Of a stretch of 61,218 nucleotides of DNA, positions 1 to 9,484 are shown piece after piece. The notes under the pieces were generated by a model, which worked only from the letters and a program-made list of their open reading frames with translations, was not told the DNA's origin and ran no database searches. The position numbers were made by a program, and so were the translations under genes. Numbering within the stretch: the first letter of the stretch is position 1; the number at the start of each line of letters is the position of its first letter. Source of the stretch: Thermoplasmatota archaeon (GTDB taxonomy: Archaea > Thermoplasmatota > E2 > DHVEG-1); NCBI GenBank assembly GCA_038740425.1, contig JAVYLV010000001.1, positions 1 to 61,218 on the forward strand. The letters run 5' to 3'.

Positions 1-717
1 CATCTTACTATTTTCATTGATCTGCGTACGCCATCGTCTAGCTATAGAAGTATATATGCCCCAACCATACAACTGCGGAGTAGTATTATGAATCCTGTGT
101 GCTATCTGCTTAGGTAGATTCTCCGATTCAGGAATATCCTTTCTGAATTGATTACAATATTGACCCAGTATAGTCAATGTCTCTTCGATGTCGTTATCAA
201 CTGTATTACTAATCACATGATTCCTCTTCAGAATATATATAAGAGGGAACAATAGATATGCTATAGCTGCCCGCGGTTGAAATCCAGATGGGATCCCTAT
301 ATGGAATAAACCACTTTTCTCAGATATCTCTTTTAATTTACCACCCGATGAGACACATATGATTCTTGATTTTTTTTGCAGGGCGTTTTTCAGAGAGGTT
401 ATCGTCTCTTCAGTGTTACCTGAATAACTTAAGAATACCGTTAACGTGTTCTTATCAACCCATTTAGGTAAGGTGTAACCCTTATTCACAAAAAACGGGG
501 TTTCTAACTTATCATAGAATAAATCATGAAAGATATCACCTGATATACCAGACGCACCCATACCAGTCACTACAACACTATCGATTTTAATGAAATCAGG
601 TATATTAGATGATTCTATGATATGTAGAGCATCCTTGATCTGTTTAGGTAGCTCAGCTATGGTGTCTAACATATTAGATTTATCAATATTTGATATCATT
701 ATCAGGTCGTCTAACAT
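1..717 (-). CDS. Bifunctional phosphoglucose/phosphomannose isomerase (SIS domain), 3' end outside the window
   Basis: Absent from the ORF track because it runs off the window. Reverse-strand translation from the ATG at 715-717 stays open to position 1: MLDDLIMISNIDKSNMLDTIAELPKQ...VVVTGMGASGISGDIF...FLSYSGNTEETI...RRWRTQINENSK. These are SIS motifs typical of archaeal PGI/PMI. Confidence 0.75.
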   Translation of the reverse strand, partial: MLDDLIMISNIDKSNMLDTIAELPKQIKDALHIIESSNIPDFIKIDSVVVTGMGASGISGDIFHDLFYDKLETPFFVNKGYTLPKWVDKNTLTVFLSYSGNTEETITSLKNALQKKSRIICVSSGGKLKEISEKSGLFHIGIPSGFQPRAAIAYLLFPLIYILKRNHVISNTVDNDIEETLTILGQYCNQFRKDIPESENLPKQIAHRIHNTTPQLYGWGIYTSIARRWRTQINENSKM

Positions 718-983
718 AACATCTCATCCTAATTACAATATATGCTTATCAAAGAATAATGTTAACGTTATACAGTATAAAAGGATATTTGAAATGTAAT
801 ATCAAGTCATATCTGTAAAATCATGGGTAGAAGGTATTGTTTAATATCAGGAGAGAGGCATCATTTCCATCTGTTGAGAGATTACATTTTTCTTTAGACA
901 AATGCTACCCATGTCGGTTGACATGACATGAAAAAACCTAAGGAGAATCTAAATAAATTATTTTTTTATTATACATAGATATA

Positions 984-1997
984 ATGAAGTACGTAGAAGG
1001 AGAATTAATAACACCATCTGGTTTTGAACCAGGTTACATAGGTTTTGATGATAATAGAATACTGGAGAATGGTAGAGGTAACGCACCAGGCAGGGGTATA
1101 GCTAATGGGCTGATCTTACCTGGTTTTTTTAATGCCCATACCCATATAGGTGATTCTTTTATACGTAAAAAGAATGTTACACTACCTAGAAGTATAGAGG
1201 AGCTTGTAGCTCCGCCTAATGGTTTGAAACATAGGCTGCTACGTGAGGCAACTGATCGGGAAATCATAGATGGTATGGTAGAGTCGATAGCTTATATGAA
1301 GCAGAAGGGTACTGTTTTTTTCTGTGATTTCAGAGAGAATGGTATTCGAGGGGTTATGCAGTTGAAGACTGCGCTTAAACATGAGTATCTAGATGTTGGT
1401 ATACTTTCACGGCCGAGAGAGATGAAGTATCATAAAGAAGAGTTGAAGATGCTGCTAGATAATTCTGATGGTATAGGTGTTAGTAGCATATCAGACTGGG
1501 AGTACACGGATCTTATGAAAATAGCTAAAGAGGTTAAGAGGAAAGGTAAGATATTCTCATTACATGCTAGTGAGCGTATAAGAGAGGATATTGATGGAGT
1601 AATTGATCTTAAACCTGATATGCTTGTTCATATGAATCAGGCTAATTTATCTGATCTTATACGTGTAAAAGAAGCAGATATACCTGTTGTTATATGCCCT
1701 AGGTCGAATGCTTTTTTTGGTTTAAAAAGAAACTATATGATTCTTAAGGAGAGTGGGGTTCGTATCCTATTAGGTACTGATAACGCTATGTTACATGAAC
1801 CTGATATACTAGAAGAGGTGAGATATATTATGAATGATCCTGGTAATGTGTTCACGCTCCATGAGTTGTTAATGATGATAACCTATAATCCAAGGAAAGT
1901 TTTAAATGAGGATGGTGGCATTCTGGTTCAGGATTCAGAATCCTCTTTTGTCGTGTTAGAGAGAGGAACTCTTAAACCATTATACGTACATATTTAG
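984..1997 (+). CDS. Metal-dependent amidohydrolase family protein (chlorohydrolase/deaminase-like)
   Basis: Has the N-terminal HxH metal motif (FFNAHTHIGDS), later HASE and a GTDN acid residue. At 337 aa it is short for the family, so the substrate is unknown. Confidence 0.6.
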   Translation: MKYVEGELITPSGFEPGYIGFDDNRILENGRGNAPGRGIANGLILPGFFNAHTHIGDSFIRKKNVTLPRSIEELVAPPNGLKHRLLREATDREIIDGMVESIAYMKQKGTVFFCDFRENGIRGVMQLKTALKHEYLDVGILSRPREMKYHKEELKMLLDNSDGIGVSSISDWEYTDLMKIAKEVKRKGKIFSLHASERIREDIDGVIDLKPDMLVHMNQANLSDLIRVKEADIPVVICPRSNAFFGLKRNYMILKESGVRILLGTDNAMLHEPDILEEVRYIMNDPGNVFTLHELLMMITYNPRKVLNEDGGILVQDSESSFVVLERGTLKPLYVHI

Positions 1998-2010
1998 GTA
2001 GAGGGATGAT

Positions 2011-2859
2011 ATGAAAGTTGAAGAGGTAATGTCAAGGGATTTAATAGTGGGTTATGTACCTGGGACTATCAAGGACGCTCTTAAGATATTAGCTAAGCAT
2101 AATGTGTCTGGTATGCCTGTTCTTAAAAGAGATACAAAACAAGTTGTGGGTGTCGTTACACGTAGTGATATATTTAAAAAATCTGATGAAGAGCAATTAG
2201 CATTGGTGATGACTCCTAATCCTTATACTGTTACAAAGGATCAGGATGTCTCGGATGCTGCTAGGCTACTCTATGAGAAAAGAATACATGGTTTACCAGT
2301 GGTGGATAAAAAAAATAATATTATAGGTATTATAAGTCCGACTGATATACTAAAGGTTTTATCAGCTAAGAATGATGATACTGTTGAGCATTACTTTACA
2401 GGCAATCTAGTCCCTGTATATCATGAGACGCCTATCACAATAGCAATGGAGATTATAAATATAACAAATGAGACTGCTCTACCTGTCTTAAATGATGAAT
2501 GCAAATTATCTGGGATAATAAGTGAAGGTGATCTGTTTAAACTGAGTCATATACGTGAGAGTGTATCCCGTACTGATATGGGCATGGGTGACGATGAGGA
2601 TGGATGGACATGGGAGGGTATACGTGATACAATGCGTCTCTACTATTCCACTATGAAAGTTGATCTTCCACCGGTACCAGTAAAAGAGGTGATGGTGACA
2701 AACGTTATAAAAGCTTATAGAAACACTAAGATAGCAGAAGTTGCGCAGAAGATGATAAAAAACAAAATAAGTCATGTACCAGTGGTAACAGCTGAGAATA
2801 GGCTGATCGGTATGGTGTCTGATATTGATCTAATGCGTTGCATGTTTAAATCCTGTTAA
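2011..2859 (+). CDS. CBS domain-containing protein (four CBS repeats)
   Basis: Repeated CBS signatures are present: HNVSGMPVL...VVGVVTRSDI, RIHGLPVVD...IIGIISPTDI, ALPVLN...LSGIISEGDL, ISHVPVV...LIGMVSDIDL. Confidence 0.8.
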   Translation: MKVEEVMSRDLIVGYVPGTIKDALKILAKHNVSGMPVLKRDTKQVVGVVTRSDIFKKSDEEQLALVMTPNPYTVTKDQDVSDAARLLYEKRIHGLPVVDKKNNIIGIISPTDILKVLSAKNDDTVEHYFTGNLVPVYHETPITIAMEIINITNETALPVLNDECKLSGIISEGDLFKLSHIRESVSRTDMGMGDDEDGWTWEGIRDTMRLYYSTMKVDLPPVPVKEVMVTNVIKAYRNTKIAEVAQKMIKNKISHVPVVTAENRLIGMVSDIDLMRCMFKSC

Positions 2860-2899
2860 CCTTGTTTATATAGAATAAACATAAGGGGCTAATTCCATT

Positions 2900-4555
2900 A
2901 TGCAGGATATCTACGAGAGGTTAATGACACTCGCTAAGAGAAGAGGTTTTATTCATCCATCGTTTGAGATCTACGGTGGTATAGCAGGATTCTACGATTA
3001 CGGGCCTCTCGGGGCACAGTTAAAATATAATGTAGAGGAGATATGGCGTAGATTCTACATCCTACAGGAGGGGTTTTTAGAAGTCTATACTCCTACTATA
3101 ACATTATATGAAGTACTGCAGGCATCTGGTCATGTGGAAGAGTTCACTGATCTAACTATTGATTGCGAGCATTGTAGACACTCTTATAAAGTAGAGGATA
3201 TAATAGATAAGAATCAAACGGTGGATCAAGCTATAAAAGAGGGGGACATAAAATGTCCTACCTGCAGAAAGAAACTATCAAACCCGTATCATACAAATCT
3301 AATGTTTTCAACCAAGATAGGGGTAGGTGAAGGACGTAGAGCTTTTCTGAGACCTGAAACCGCACAGGGTATATTCACAAATTTTCACTTACTGTATCGT
3401 TATGCGCGTGAGAAACTACCGTTTGGCGTAGTACAGATAGGACGAGGGTATCGTAATGAGATATCACCCAGACAAGGTGTGATAAGACAGAGAGAATTCT
3501 CAATGGCTGAAGCTGAGATTTTTTTCGACCCGTTAGATAAAACTCATCCTAGATTCAAAGAAATTAAAAAAACAATGGTTACTCTGGTGAATGATGATGA
3601 TAGGGAGATGAGGATATCATTAGAGGAGGCTGTCGATAGAGGAGTGATAAATAACCAGGCTCTTGCTTATTACATGTGTATAACGCAGGAGTTTCTCCTA
3701 ACATGTGGCATTGATAAAAATAAGTTCAGATTCAGGAAACATAAAAAGGATGAATTAGCTCATTATGCTACAGAATGCTGGGATGCTGAGTTGTATAGTG
3801 AAAGATTTGGTTGGGTTGAATGTGTTGGTATAGCTGATCGATCAGCATATGATATCAATGCTCATATAAAAGCCTCAGGTGTTGATATGTATGCTAACAG
3901 GAGGTATGATAAACCTAGAACTACGAAAATCAAGAGGATTGTAGCTAAGATGGATGCTTTGGGCCCATTGTTTAAAAAAGAGGCAGCTAGGATTAAAGAT
4001 CTCTTAGATAAGATGAATCCTGACTATATGAAAGATAAGGTGACTGTGAATATAGATGGGAGGATATTAGAGATACCTGAACATTGTTATGAGATTGTAG
4101 AATCTACGGAGAGGATAGCAGGTGAGAAATTTATACCACATGTTATCGAACCATCATATGGGATTGATCGTATAATATATTTCTTATTAGAGCATAACTA
4201 CAGAGTAGAGAAGAAGAATGAAGAGGAATACTATAGACTAAGTTTAAAATCATGTATCGCTCCGATAAAAACAGGTGTATTCCCCTTAGTTAATGAAGAA
4301 CCATTGATGAGGATAGCAAAGGATATAGATCGTATGCTTAAGGATGCTGGTGTTATAACATATTATGATGAAAATGGGAGCATAGGTCGAAGGTATGCTC
4401 GTATGGATGAAGTGGGCACTCCTCTCTGTGTAACTGTTGATCATGAATCATTAGAAGATGCTACTGTAACCATACGTGATCGTGATACAACAAAGCAGGA
4501 GAGAATAAAAATAAAGAATATCGTACCAGTAATAAAAGAAAGATTACATACTTGA
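2900..4555 (+). CDS. glyS: Glycyl-tRNA synthetase, archaeal/eukaryal alpha2 type
   Basis: Class II motifs and GlyRS signatures are present: GGIAGFYDYGPLG, RPETAQGIF, GRGYRNEISPRQGVIRQREFSMAEAEIF, EPSYGIDR. Length is 551 aa. Confidence 0.95.
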   Translation: MQDIYERLMTLAKRRGFIHPSFEIYGGIAGFYDYGPLGAQLKYNVEEIWRRFYILQEGFLEVYTPTITLYEVLQASGHVEEFTDLTIDCEHCRHSYKVEDIIDKNQTVDQAIKEGDIKCPTCRKKLSNPYHTNLMFSTKIGVGEGRRAFLRPETAQGIFTNFHLLYRYAREKLPFGVVQIGRGYRNEISPRQGVIRQREFSMAEAEIFFDPLDKTHPRFKEIKKTMVTLVNDDDREMRISLEEAVDRGVINNQALAYYMCITQEFLLTCGIDKNKFRFRKHKKDELAHYATECWDAELYSERFGWVECVGIADRSAYDINAHIKASGVDMYANRRYDKPRTTKIKRIVAKMDALGPLFKKEAARIKDLLDKMNPDYMKDKVTVNIDGRILEIPEHCYEIVESTERIAGEKFIPHVIEPSYGIDRIIYFLLEHNYRVEKKNEEEYYRLSLKSCIAPIKTGVFPLVNEEPLMRIAKDIDRMLKDAGVITYYDENGSIGRRYARMDEVGTPLCVTVDHESLEDATVTIRDRDTTKQERIKIKNIVPVIKERLHT

Positions 4556-5893
4556 GAGTGTTTTATCTATAATCTGTAATACCTCATCTATCTCATCTGA
4601 TGATATTATCAAAGGTGGTCTGAATCTTATAGTTGTAGCACCACATCCTAGGATCACCACACCAGCTTTGTATAGTTTATCCTTGAATTCATCCCGCTCA
4701 GCGGTTGTTGGTAAATCAAAAGCACACATTAATCCTTTACCTCTTGCATGCATCATCTTATCAGAGTGTTTCTCTTGTAGTTCCTCTAATCCTTCCATTA
4801 GATACTTACCTTGTTTCTCAACGTTTTTTAGTATATCCTCCTCTTTCATTATTTCAAGGTATTTCTTGCAACGTACCATATCAACTAGGTTCCCGCCCCA
4901 TGTAGAGTTTAATCTACTTGACACTTTGAATACGTTATCCTCGATTTCATCGACCCTTGAACCAGCCATTATACCGCATACTTGTGTTTTCTTACCGAAG
5001 GCTAGTATATCAGGTTTAATATCGTAATGCTCATGAGCCCACATCTTCCCTGTTAATCCTAGACCACTCTGCACTTCATCGACAATGAACATCATCTCAT
5101 GTTTATCACATAGTCGTCTCAGCTCTATGAAGAATTCCTTACGGAAATGATTATCTCCTCCTTCGCCTTGTATAGGCTCAATTATTAAAGCAGCTATATC
5201 ATCTTTATTTTTTGATACTGCTTCTTCTATTTCATCTATTGCTTGTCTTTCAAGTTCTTTTACTCTCTCAAGATTCTCTCTATTCAACGGGAAGGTTATT
5301 TTAGGATTGGTTATACGGGGCCAGTTGAATTTAGTGAAATATTTTGTTTTATTAGGATCAAAAGTATTAGTCATTGATAATGTATAACCTGTTCTACCGT
5401 GGAATGCATCCTTAAAATGTATAACTTGTTTACCTATCTCATCCCTTGCTCCTTTTAAAAAATTTTTTCTTATCTTCCAGTCAAATGATGTTTTTAAAGC
5501 ATTCTCTACAGCGAGAGCACCACCACTAATGAAGAATAGATGATGGAAGTATGACGGCATAGCTAGTCTTGCGAATGTATCAACGAACTCAGCCATCTCA
5601 ACAGTATAAACATCAGAGTTTGAAGGGTTATGCAATGCTATTTCTCCTATTTCTTTTATGAACGTTGGATCAGTCATTTTAGGATGGTTGCAGCCGAGTG
5701 GTGCTGTGGCGAAAAATGAGAAACAGTCAATTAGATATCTATCTGATCGTGCATCGTATATACGACAGCCTCTGCTTTTACGTAGATCTAGAACTAAGTC
5801 AAAACCATCGATGAGCATATACTTAGAGAGTATCTTATGAACATCTTTAGGGTGAATTTTCATTGTTAACACCTCGCTGAATTGTTTACTCAT
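4544..5893 (-). CDS. lat: Class-III PLP aminotransferase, L-lysine 6-transaminase (LAT)-like
   Basis: The N-terminus (LIDGFDLVLDLRKSRGCRIYDA...FFATAPLGCNHP) and the PLP-lysine region (DILAFGKKTQVCGIMAG) resemble LAT as I recall it. An internal SD-like GAGGTG lies 7 nt before Met11, so the true start is probably 5863. Confidence 0.6.
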   Translation of the reverse strand: MSKQFSEVLTMKIHPKDVHKILSKYMLIDGFDLVLDLRKSRGCRIYDARSDRYLIDCFSFFATAPLGCNHPKMTDPTFIKEIGEIALHNPSNSDVYTVEMAEFVDTFARLAMPSYFHHLFFISGGALAVENALKTSFDWKIRKNFLKGARDEIGKQVIHFKDAFHGRTGYTLSMTNTFDPNKTKYFTKFNWPRITNPKITFPLNRENLERVKELERQAIDEIEEAVSKNKDDIAALIIEPIQGEGGDNHFRKEFFIELRRLCDKHEMMFIVDEVQSGLGLTGKMWAHEHYDIKPDILAFGKKTQVCGIMAGSRVDEIEDNVFKVSSRLNSTWGGNLVDMVRCKKYLEIMKEEDILKNVEKQGKYLMEGLEELQEKHSDKMMHARGKGLMCAFDLPTTAERDEFKDKLYKAGVVILGCGATTIRFRPPLIISSDEIDEVLQIIDKTLSSM

Positions 5894-6096
5894 AATAAAA
5901 TCGTGTTAGAGGGTATCGTATATAATTATAAAATAATATCGGTAATATATATGTAAAAAATTATAGTATTTTTTATATTAAATATATGCTTGATGAGGTA
6001 TTGAGATAAGTCTCTTAATAGTGGGAGAAAAAATAAAAAGAGATGGAGGAGGAGGAGAAAAAAAATGATGAATTTTTCTTTAGTAAATTCAATGTA

Positions 6097-8121
6097 TTAT
6101 AAGGATACACACCCAACTTCAGTTAGATCTGAAAGATTATTAAGCTTAACTTGTTTAGTAGATATAGTATACAATACGTCCTCTATGTATAAGCTTCGTT
6201 GTATACCAGTATCGTAGTAGTACTCCATCTCTTTATTCTCTGTATCATGGCTAATGTTACCCTTGAGTTTTATACCATTCTCAATTGATATATCAAATAC
6301 GTAAGCATCGGCTGACCAGCTACCTACAGGTATAACTAATAGGTTCTTCTCCCTGCTGAATAGGAATGCTTTATGTTCATATAAAGCAGAGGAATAAGGC
6401 CACCATTCATTACCACCGACAGAAAGGTTAGTGATCTCTGATGGATTCTGTTTATCAGAAACATCGAATAATGATATCTTGATCTTATTATTGAGTACAC
6501 CTACACCTATCACATGGTTTTCATCATAAGGGTGCAGGTAAGTAGAGTAACCTGGTATTTTTAGTTCACCTTTTATTGTAGGATTATATGGGTTGCTGAG
6601 GTCTATAACAAAAAACGGGTCAGTCTGTCTAAATGTAACCAGATAGCATATGTCGCCTAGGAACCTAGTAGCGTATATGCTTTCCCCGGTCCCAGGTGTT
6701 ATATCCTCGATTCTTCCTATGATCTGCAGGTTCATATCAAGCACGTAGATGTTTGTCCTAGGTTGTATACTGCCTAGGTAGTAGCTGAGTGATGAACCGC
6801 TTATCGTGGTTGATACTCTCAAATGATTGTTGTATTCATCGAATGAGAACTGGTTATTCATATAGCCAGGTACATTACCCTGTGCCTCGTAGGTGATCTC
6901 TCCATCATTTATGCTTATACGATGTATCGTGGTGTATTCAATCTGATCTATGATTGATTCAAGGATTTGTTTTTTCTCTTTATCTGTTAGTATGTTATTT
7001 ATCTCTTTTTGTATTATCCATGATATAATCTCTTGTTTCTGATAATCCTCAAGGTTTAAACTTTTCACCGTATCTATCTGCGAGAGTATTGATGGTGGTA
7101 ATAATGACTCGATAGTATCATATAAAACACTCTGCATCCTGTAGTAATCATAGTAGTTGTAGTATGCTATGTAGATGTTTCTATGTGAGACGTATAGATT
7201 TTGTCCAGTGCCGATCAAGAATATCTTACAATGTATCTCCTCATCATCATTCATTATATTAATTGATAATATATTTGTGAGGGTATTGCTCTTCTCACTG
7301 GTATCAGCATAGTATATGTCAGATAAGGGTACATCTAATAACTCTTTATTTACCATAAGTCTTGGTATAAAGGTATAGTTATCTGACGTGTCATAAGCGT
7401 AGTAGTATTGTATTGTTATAACGTAGATGTACTCTCCTATGAGTCTTGCATCATGAAAAGAACCAGGTATTATTATCTCCTTGACCAAACCTGGTTTTAT
7501 AATATCTGTAAGATCATAGATGTAGATATGTGTCTCAGGGTTATTGTACCAAGGGTTATAGACTAATTCTGTGTTTTCCTCTCCAAATTTGGATGTTTCT
7601 AGTATACGGTAAACATAGGATTCTGAGAATATCACCAATCTATTATCATTGATGAATAGATTACGAATAGAGAGATTAGAGTCAATATTGATAACAGTCT
7701 CTATATGTAGATTCTCAGGCGGATAAGCTCTTATAATAGTAACATTGTTATGTGATACTACATATAAGTAAGTACCATCGGTTTTAACAATATCTGGTTC
7801 ATCCACACCTGGTACTTGTATATTTGTACCTGAGTAATCAGTACTACTTGATTCTTTTGATGATGCAGATGACGAATCACCAAGATATACCCTAATAGGA
7901 CCCTCTGATACTCCACCAGCATAGGATTTGTAATTCATGTTATAATAATTCAGGAAACTTGTCAATTCTTTATACGAGTTAAAATTCTTTATATCATATC
8001 TCCCAACTACTGTTATGCTAGGATTTTTTGGTTGTATAAGTATAATAGCTATGTAGCTTGCGCATATTATTACTACAGCCAACATCAAACCTTTAATTTT
8101 TATTTTCATTGTTTCATTCAT
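6097..8121 (-). CDS. Membrane-anchored secreted beta-propeller domain protein (COG4880-like)
   Basis: An N-terminal TM/signal anchor (LMLAVVIICASYIAIILI) is followed by TNIQVPGVDEPDIVKTDGTYLYVV, typical of the secreted beta-propeller family. Length is 674 aa. Confidence 0.6.
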   Translation of the reverse strand: MNETMKIKIKGLMLAVVIICASYIAIILIQPKNPSITVVGRYDIKNFNSYKELTSFLNYYNMNYKSYAGGVSEGPIRVYLGDSSSASSKESSSTDYSGTNIQVPGVDEPDIVKTDGTYLYVVSHNNVTIIRAYPPENLHIETVINIDSNLSIRNLFINDNRLVIFSESYVYRILETSKFGEENTELVYNPWYNNPETHIYIYDLTDIIKPGLVKEIIIPGSFHDARLIGEYIYVITIQYYYAYDTSDNYTFIPRLMVNKELLDVPLSDIYYADTSEKSNTLTNILSINIMNDDEEIHCKIFLIGTGQNLYVSHRNIYIAYYNYYDYYRMQSVLYDTIESLLPPSILSQIDTVKSLNLEDYQKQEIISWIIQKEINNILTDKEKKQILESIIDQIEYTTIHRISINDGEITYEAQGNVPGYMNNQFSFDEYNNHLRVSTTISGSSLSYYLGSIQPRTNIYVLDMNLQIIGRIEDITPGTGESIYATRFLGDICYLVTFRQTDPFFVIDLSNPYNPTIKGELKIPGYSTYLHPYDENHVIGVGVLNNKIKISLFDVSDKQNPSEITNLSVGGNEWWPYSSALYEHKAFLFSREKNLLVIPVGSWSADAYVFDISIENGIKLKGNISHDTENKEMEYYYDTGIQRSLYIEDVLYTISTKQVKLNNLSDLTEVGCVSL

Positions 8122-8194
8122 AAGTAAAGTTCACCTTTCATATTTTTTGGTTAATAACTAATATATCCTATGAAACTTAAATAGTTTGAGAAAA

Positions 8195-8214
8195 TGTTTG
8201 GTAAAAACCAAACA
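8195..8214. promoter_or_regulatory. 20-nt palindrome in the divergent intergenic region (candidate operator or hairpin)
   Basis: TGTTTGGT-AAAA-ACCAAACA has perfect 8-bp arms. It lies about 75 nt upstream of the beta-propeller gene start and about 130 nt upstream of the Cas4-like gene. Confidence 0.25.
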
Positions 8215-8344
8215 ATGACTAGCATATAACGAAGAATTACTAATATCTTTCATAGCAAGCATAAAGAAGGTTTTTCTCATGATATACTTATATAACACCA
8301 ATGCATTTTTTATTATCGTCTAATGATAATTAGATAAGGGAGAG

Positions 8345-8611
8345 ATGAGGGATATAACTAAAAGAAGGGATGTATTAACTGCCTCTGAGATCGCTCAGTA
8401 TGTTTACTGCTCCAACGCATGGTATCTACAGCGTAAAGGATACACTCCTTCATCTTCTAATCTAGCACAAGGATACGAAGAGCATTATAAACTAGGGGAG
8501 ACAATAGATAATATAACCAAGTATACTCACAGATCAAAACTAGCTATAATCCTAGGCTCGTTAGTACTGATTTTAACGATCCTGATAATATTACTAGAGG
8601 TGGTATTATAG
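8345..8611 (+). CDS. Cas4-like PD-(D/E)XK nuclease, N-terminal part (first Cys and GxxH motif) ending in a TM helix
   Basis: Contains ASEIAQYVYCSNAWYLQRKG (Cas4/DUF83 N-terminal Cys motif), then QGYEEHYKLGE, then the hydrophobic LAIILGSLVLILTILIILLEVVL. It ends at a TAG, and the next ORF is in a different frame that is already open upstream. Confidence 0.55.
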   Translation: MRDITKRRDVLTASEIAQYVYCSNAWYLQRKGYTPSSSNLAQGYEEHYKLGETIDNITKYTHRSKLAIILGSLVLILTILIILLEVVL

Positions 8612-8634
8612 ATACTACATATCTATTTTTATTA

Positions 8635-9135
8635 GTGTTGATAGGATTAGGATTTATCCTATGGGGTGTAATATTGTACGCTAAAACTAGGAGTATAAGA
8701 AATATTGCCCATATCCCAACTGGAAGAGTGACTTACACTGATCTTAATAAACCATCTGAACCATTATATTCTAATAAGTACAGTTTAGCTGGTAAGCCAG
8801 ATTATATTATCAAAAAACATGGCCATTTCATACCTGTAGAAGTAAAGACAGGTTCATATAAAAAACCATACAAGAGTCATATATTACAGTTAGCTGCATA
8901 CTGTCAGATAATAGAGGATGCATATAATGTATTTGTACCATATGGTATTCTAATCTACAATGATGCTTCTTATAAGATACCGTTCAACCCTACTCTACGT
9001 TTTGAATTGAAGAATGTAATAAATGAAATGAGGCAAACATTACTTAGCGATAATAATATAGAACTAAACCATCATGATCCTAACAGGTGTTATAACTGCT
9101 CCATGAGTAAATACTGCAAAAATAAATTGATTTGA
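8635..9135 (+). CDS. Cas4-like PD-(D/E)XK nuclease, catalytic core and C-terminal Cys cluster, starting with a TM helix
   Basis: Starts with a TM segment (LIGLGFILWGVILYA). It then has GKPDYIIKKHGHFIPVEVKTGS (D...EVK), QLAAYCQIIED (QxxxY) and CYNCSMSKYC (CxxCx5C). The frame stays open upstream to at least 8521. Confidence 0.65.
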   Translation: MLIGLGFILWGVILYAKTRSIRNIAHIPTGRVTYTDLNKPSEPLYSNKYSLAGKPDYIIKKHGHFIPVEVKTGSYKKPYKSHILQLAAYCQIIEDAYNVFVPYGILIYNDASYKIPFNPTLRFELKNVINEMRQTLLSDNNIELNHHDPNRCYNCSMSKYCKNKLI

Positions 9136-9235
9136 TTATTAGTATAGAACTAATCATATGTTTATATTTTTATAATAAAATTAATAAATCATTATTTGAT
9201 ATATACGTATATTGGCGGGAGGTTGAGGTTGAAAG

Positions 9236-9484
9236 ATGGAGGAGCTAACATTCAGGGATGGTATACTACTTTGCAAATACATATATCAATGTGCAATTCA
9301 TAAATCCTTACAGGGTGTTATGGAGGAATGGGAGATATTCCAAAAAACCCATGATATCTTATCAAAACTAGAGGAGAACATGATCTGCACATCAAACTTT
9401 AGCAAAGATGCTTGCTTTGATAAAAAACGTTTAGATGAACTATTATTCTATTTTAACTTGGATGATATATACGCCGTGATATAA
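9236..9484 (+). CDS. Hypothetical protein (82 aa)
   Basis: ORF only; no recognisable motif. Confidence 0.3.
   Translation: MEELTFRDGILLCKYIYQCAIHKSLQGVMEEWEIFQKTHDILSKLEENMICTSNFSKDACFDKKRLDELLFYFNLDDIYAVI

Noticed and set aside
590-799. 69-aa plus-strand ORF at the window start
   Set aside because: It lies antisense to and largely inside the well-supported minus-strand PGI/PMI gene (1-717). Its low-complexity sequence has no motif.
1034-1267. Antisense shadow ORFs inside strong genes, for example 1034-1267, 2506-2775, 4668-5027, 10248-10514, 23237-23551, 24659-24898, 25394-25777, 28183-28455, 30218-30487, 38756-38950, 39047-39391, 50090-50406, 55781-56110, 56442-56741, 59089-59439, 60743-61018
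   Set aside because: Each lies fully within a longer opposite-strand gene with clear family motifs. Their translations are low-complexity Ser/Leu/Ile-rich and lack start-site signals.
6045-6056. (GGA)4 purine microsatellite upstream of the lat-like gene
   Set aside because: It is a short simple repeat in an AT-rich intergenic region about 150 nt from any start codon. Nothing suggests a function beyond chance or an SD-like composition.
8609-8614. TAG at the end of the first Cas4-like ORF as a pyrrolysine/read-through codon
   Set aside because: The downstream ORF is in a different frame (8345 mod 3 = 2, 8635 mod 3 = 1). Read-through would hit further stops, so only a frameshift could join them.
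8345-9484. Possible CRISPR-Cas locus around the Cas4-like gene
   Set aside because: I could see no direct-repeat array or other cas genes in the flanking 8122-8344 and 9485-9828 regions, or anywhere else in the window. It is treated as a solo Cas4-like gene.
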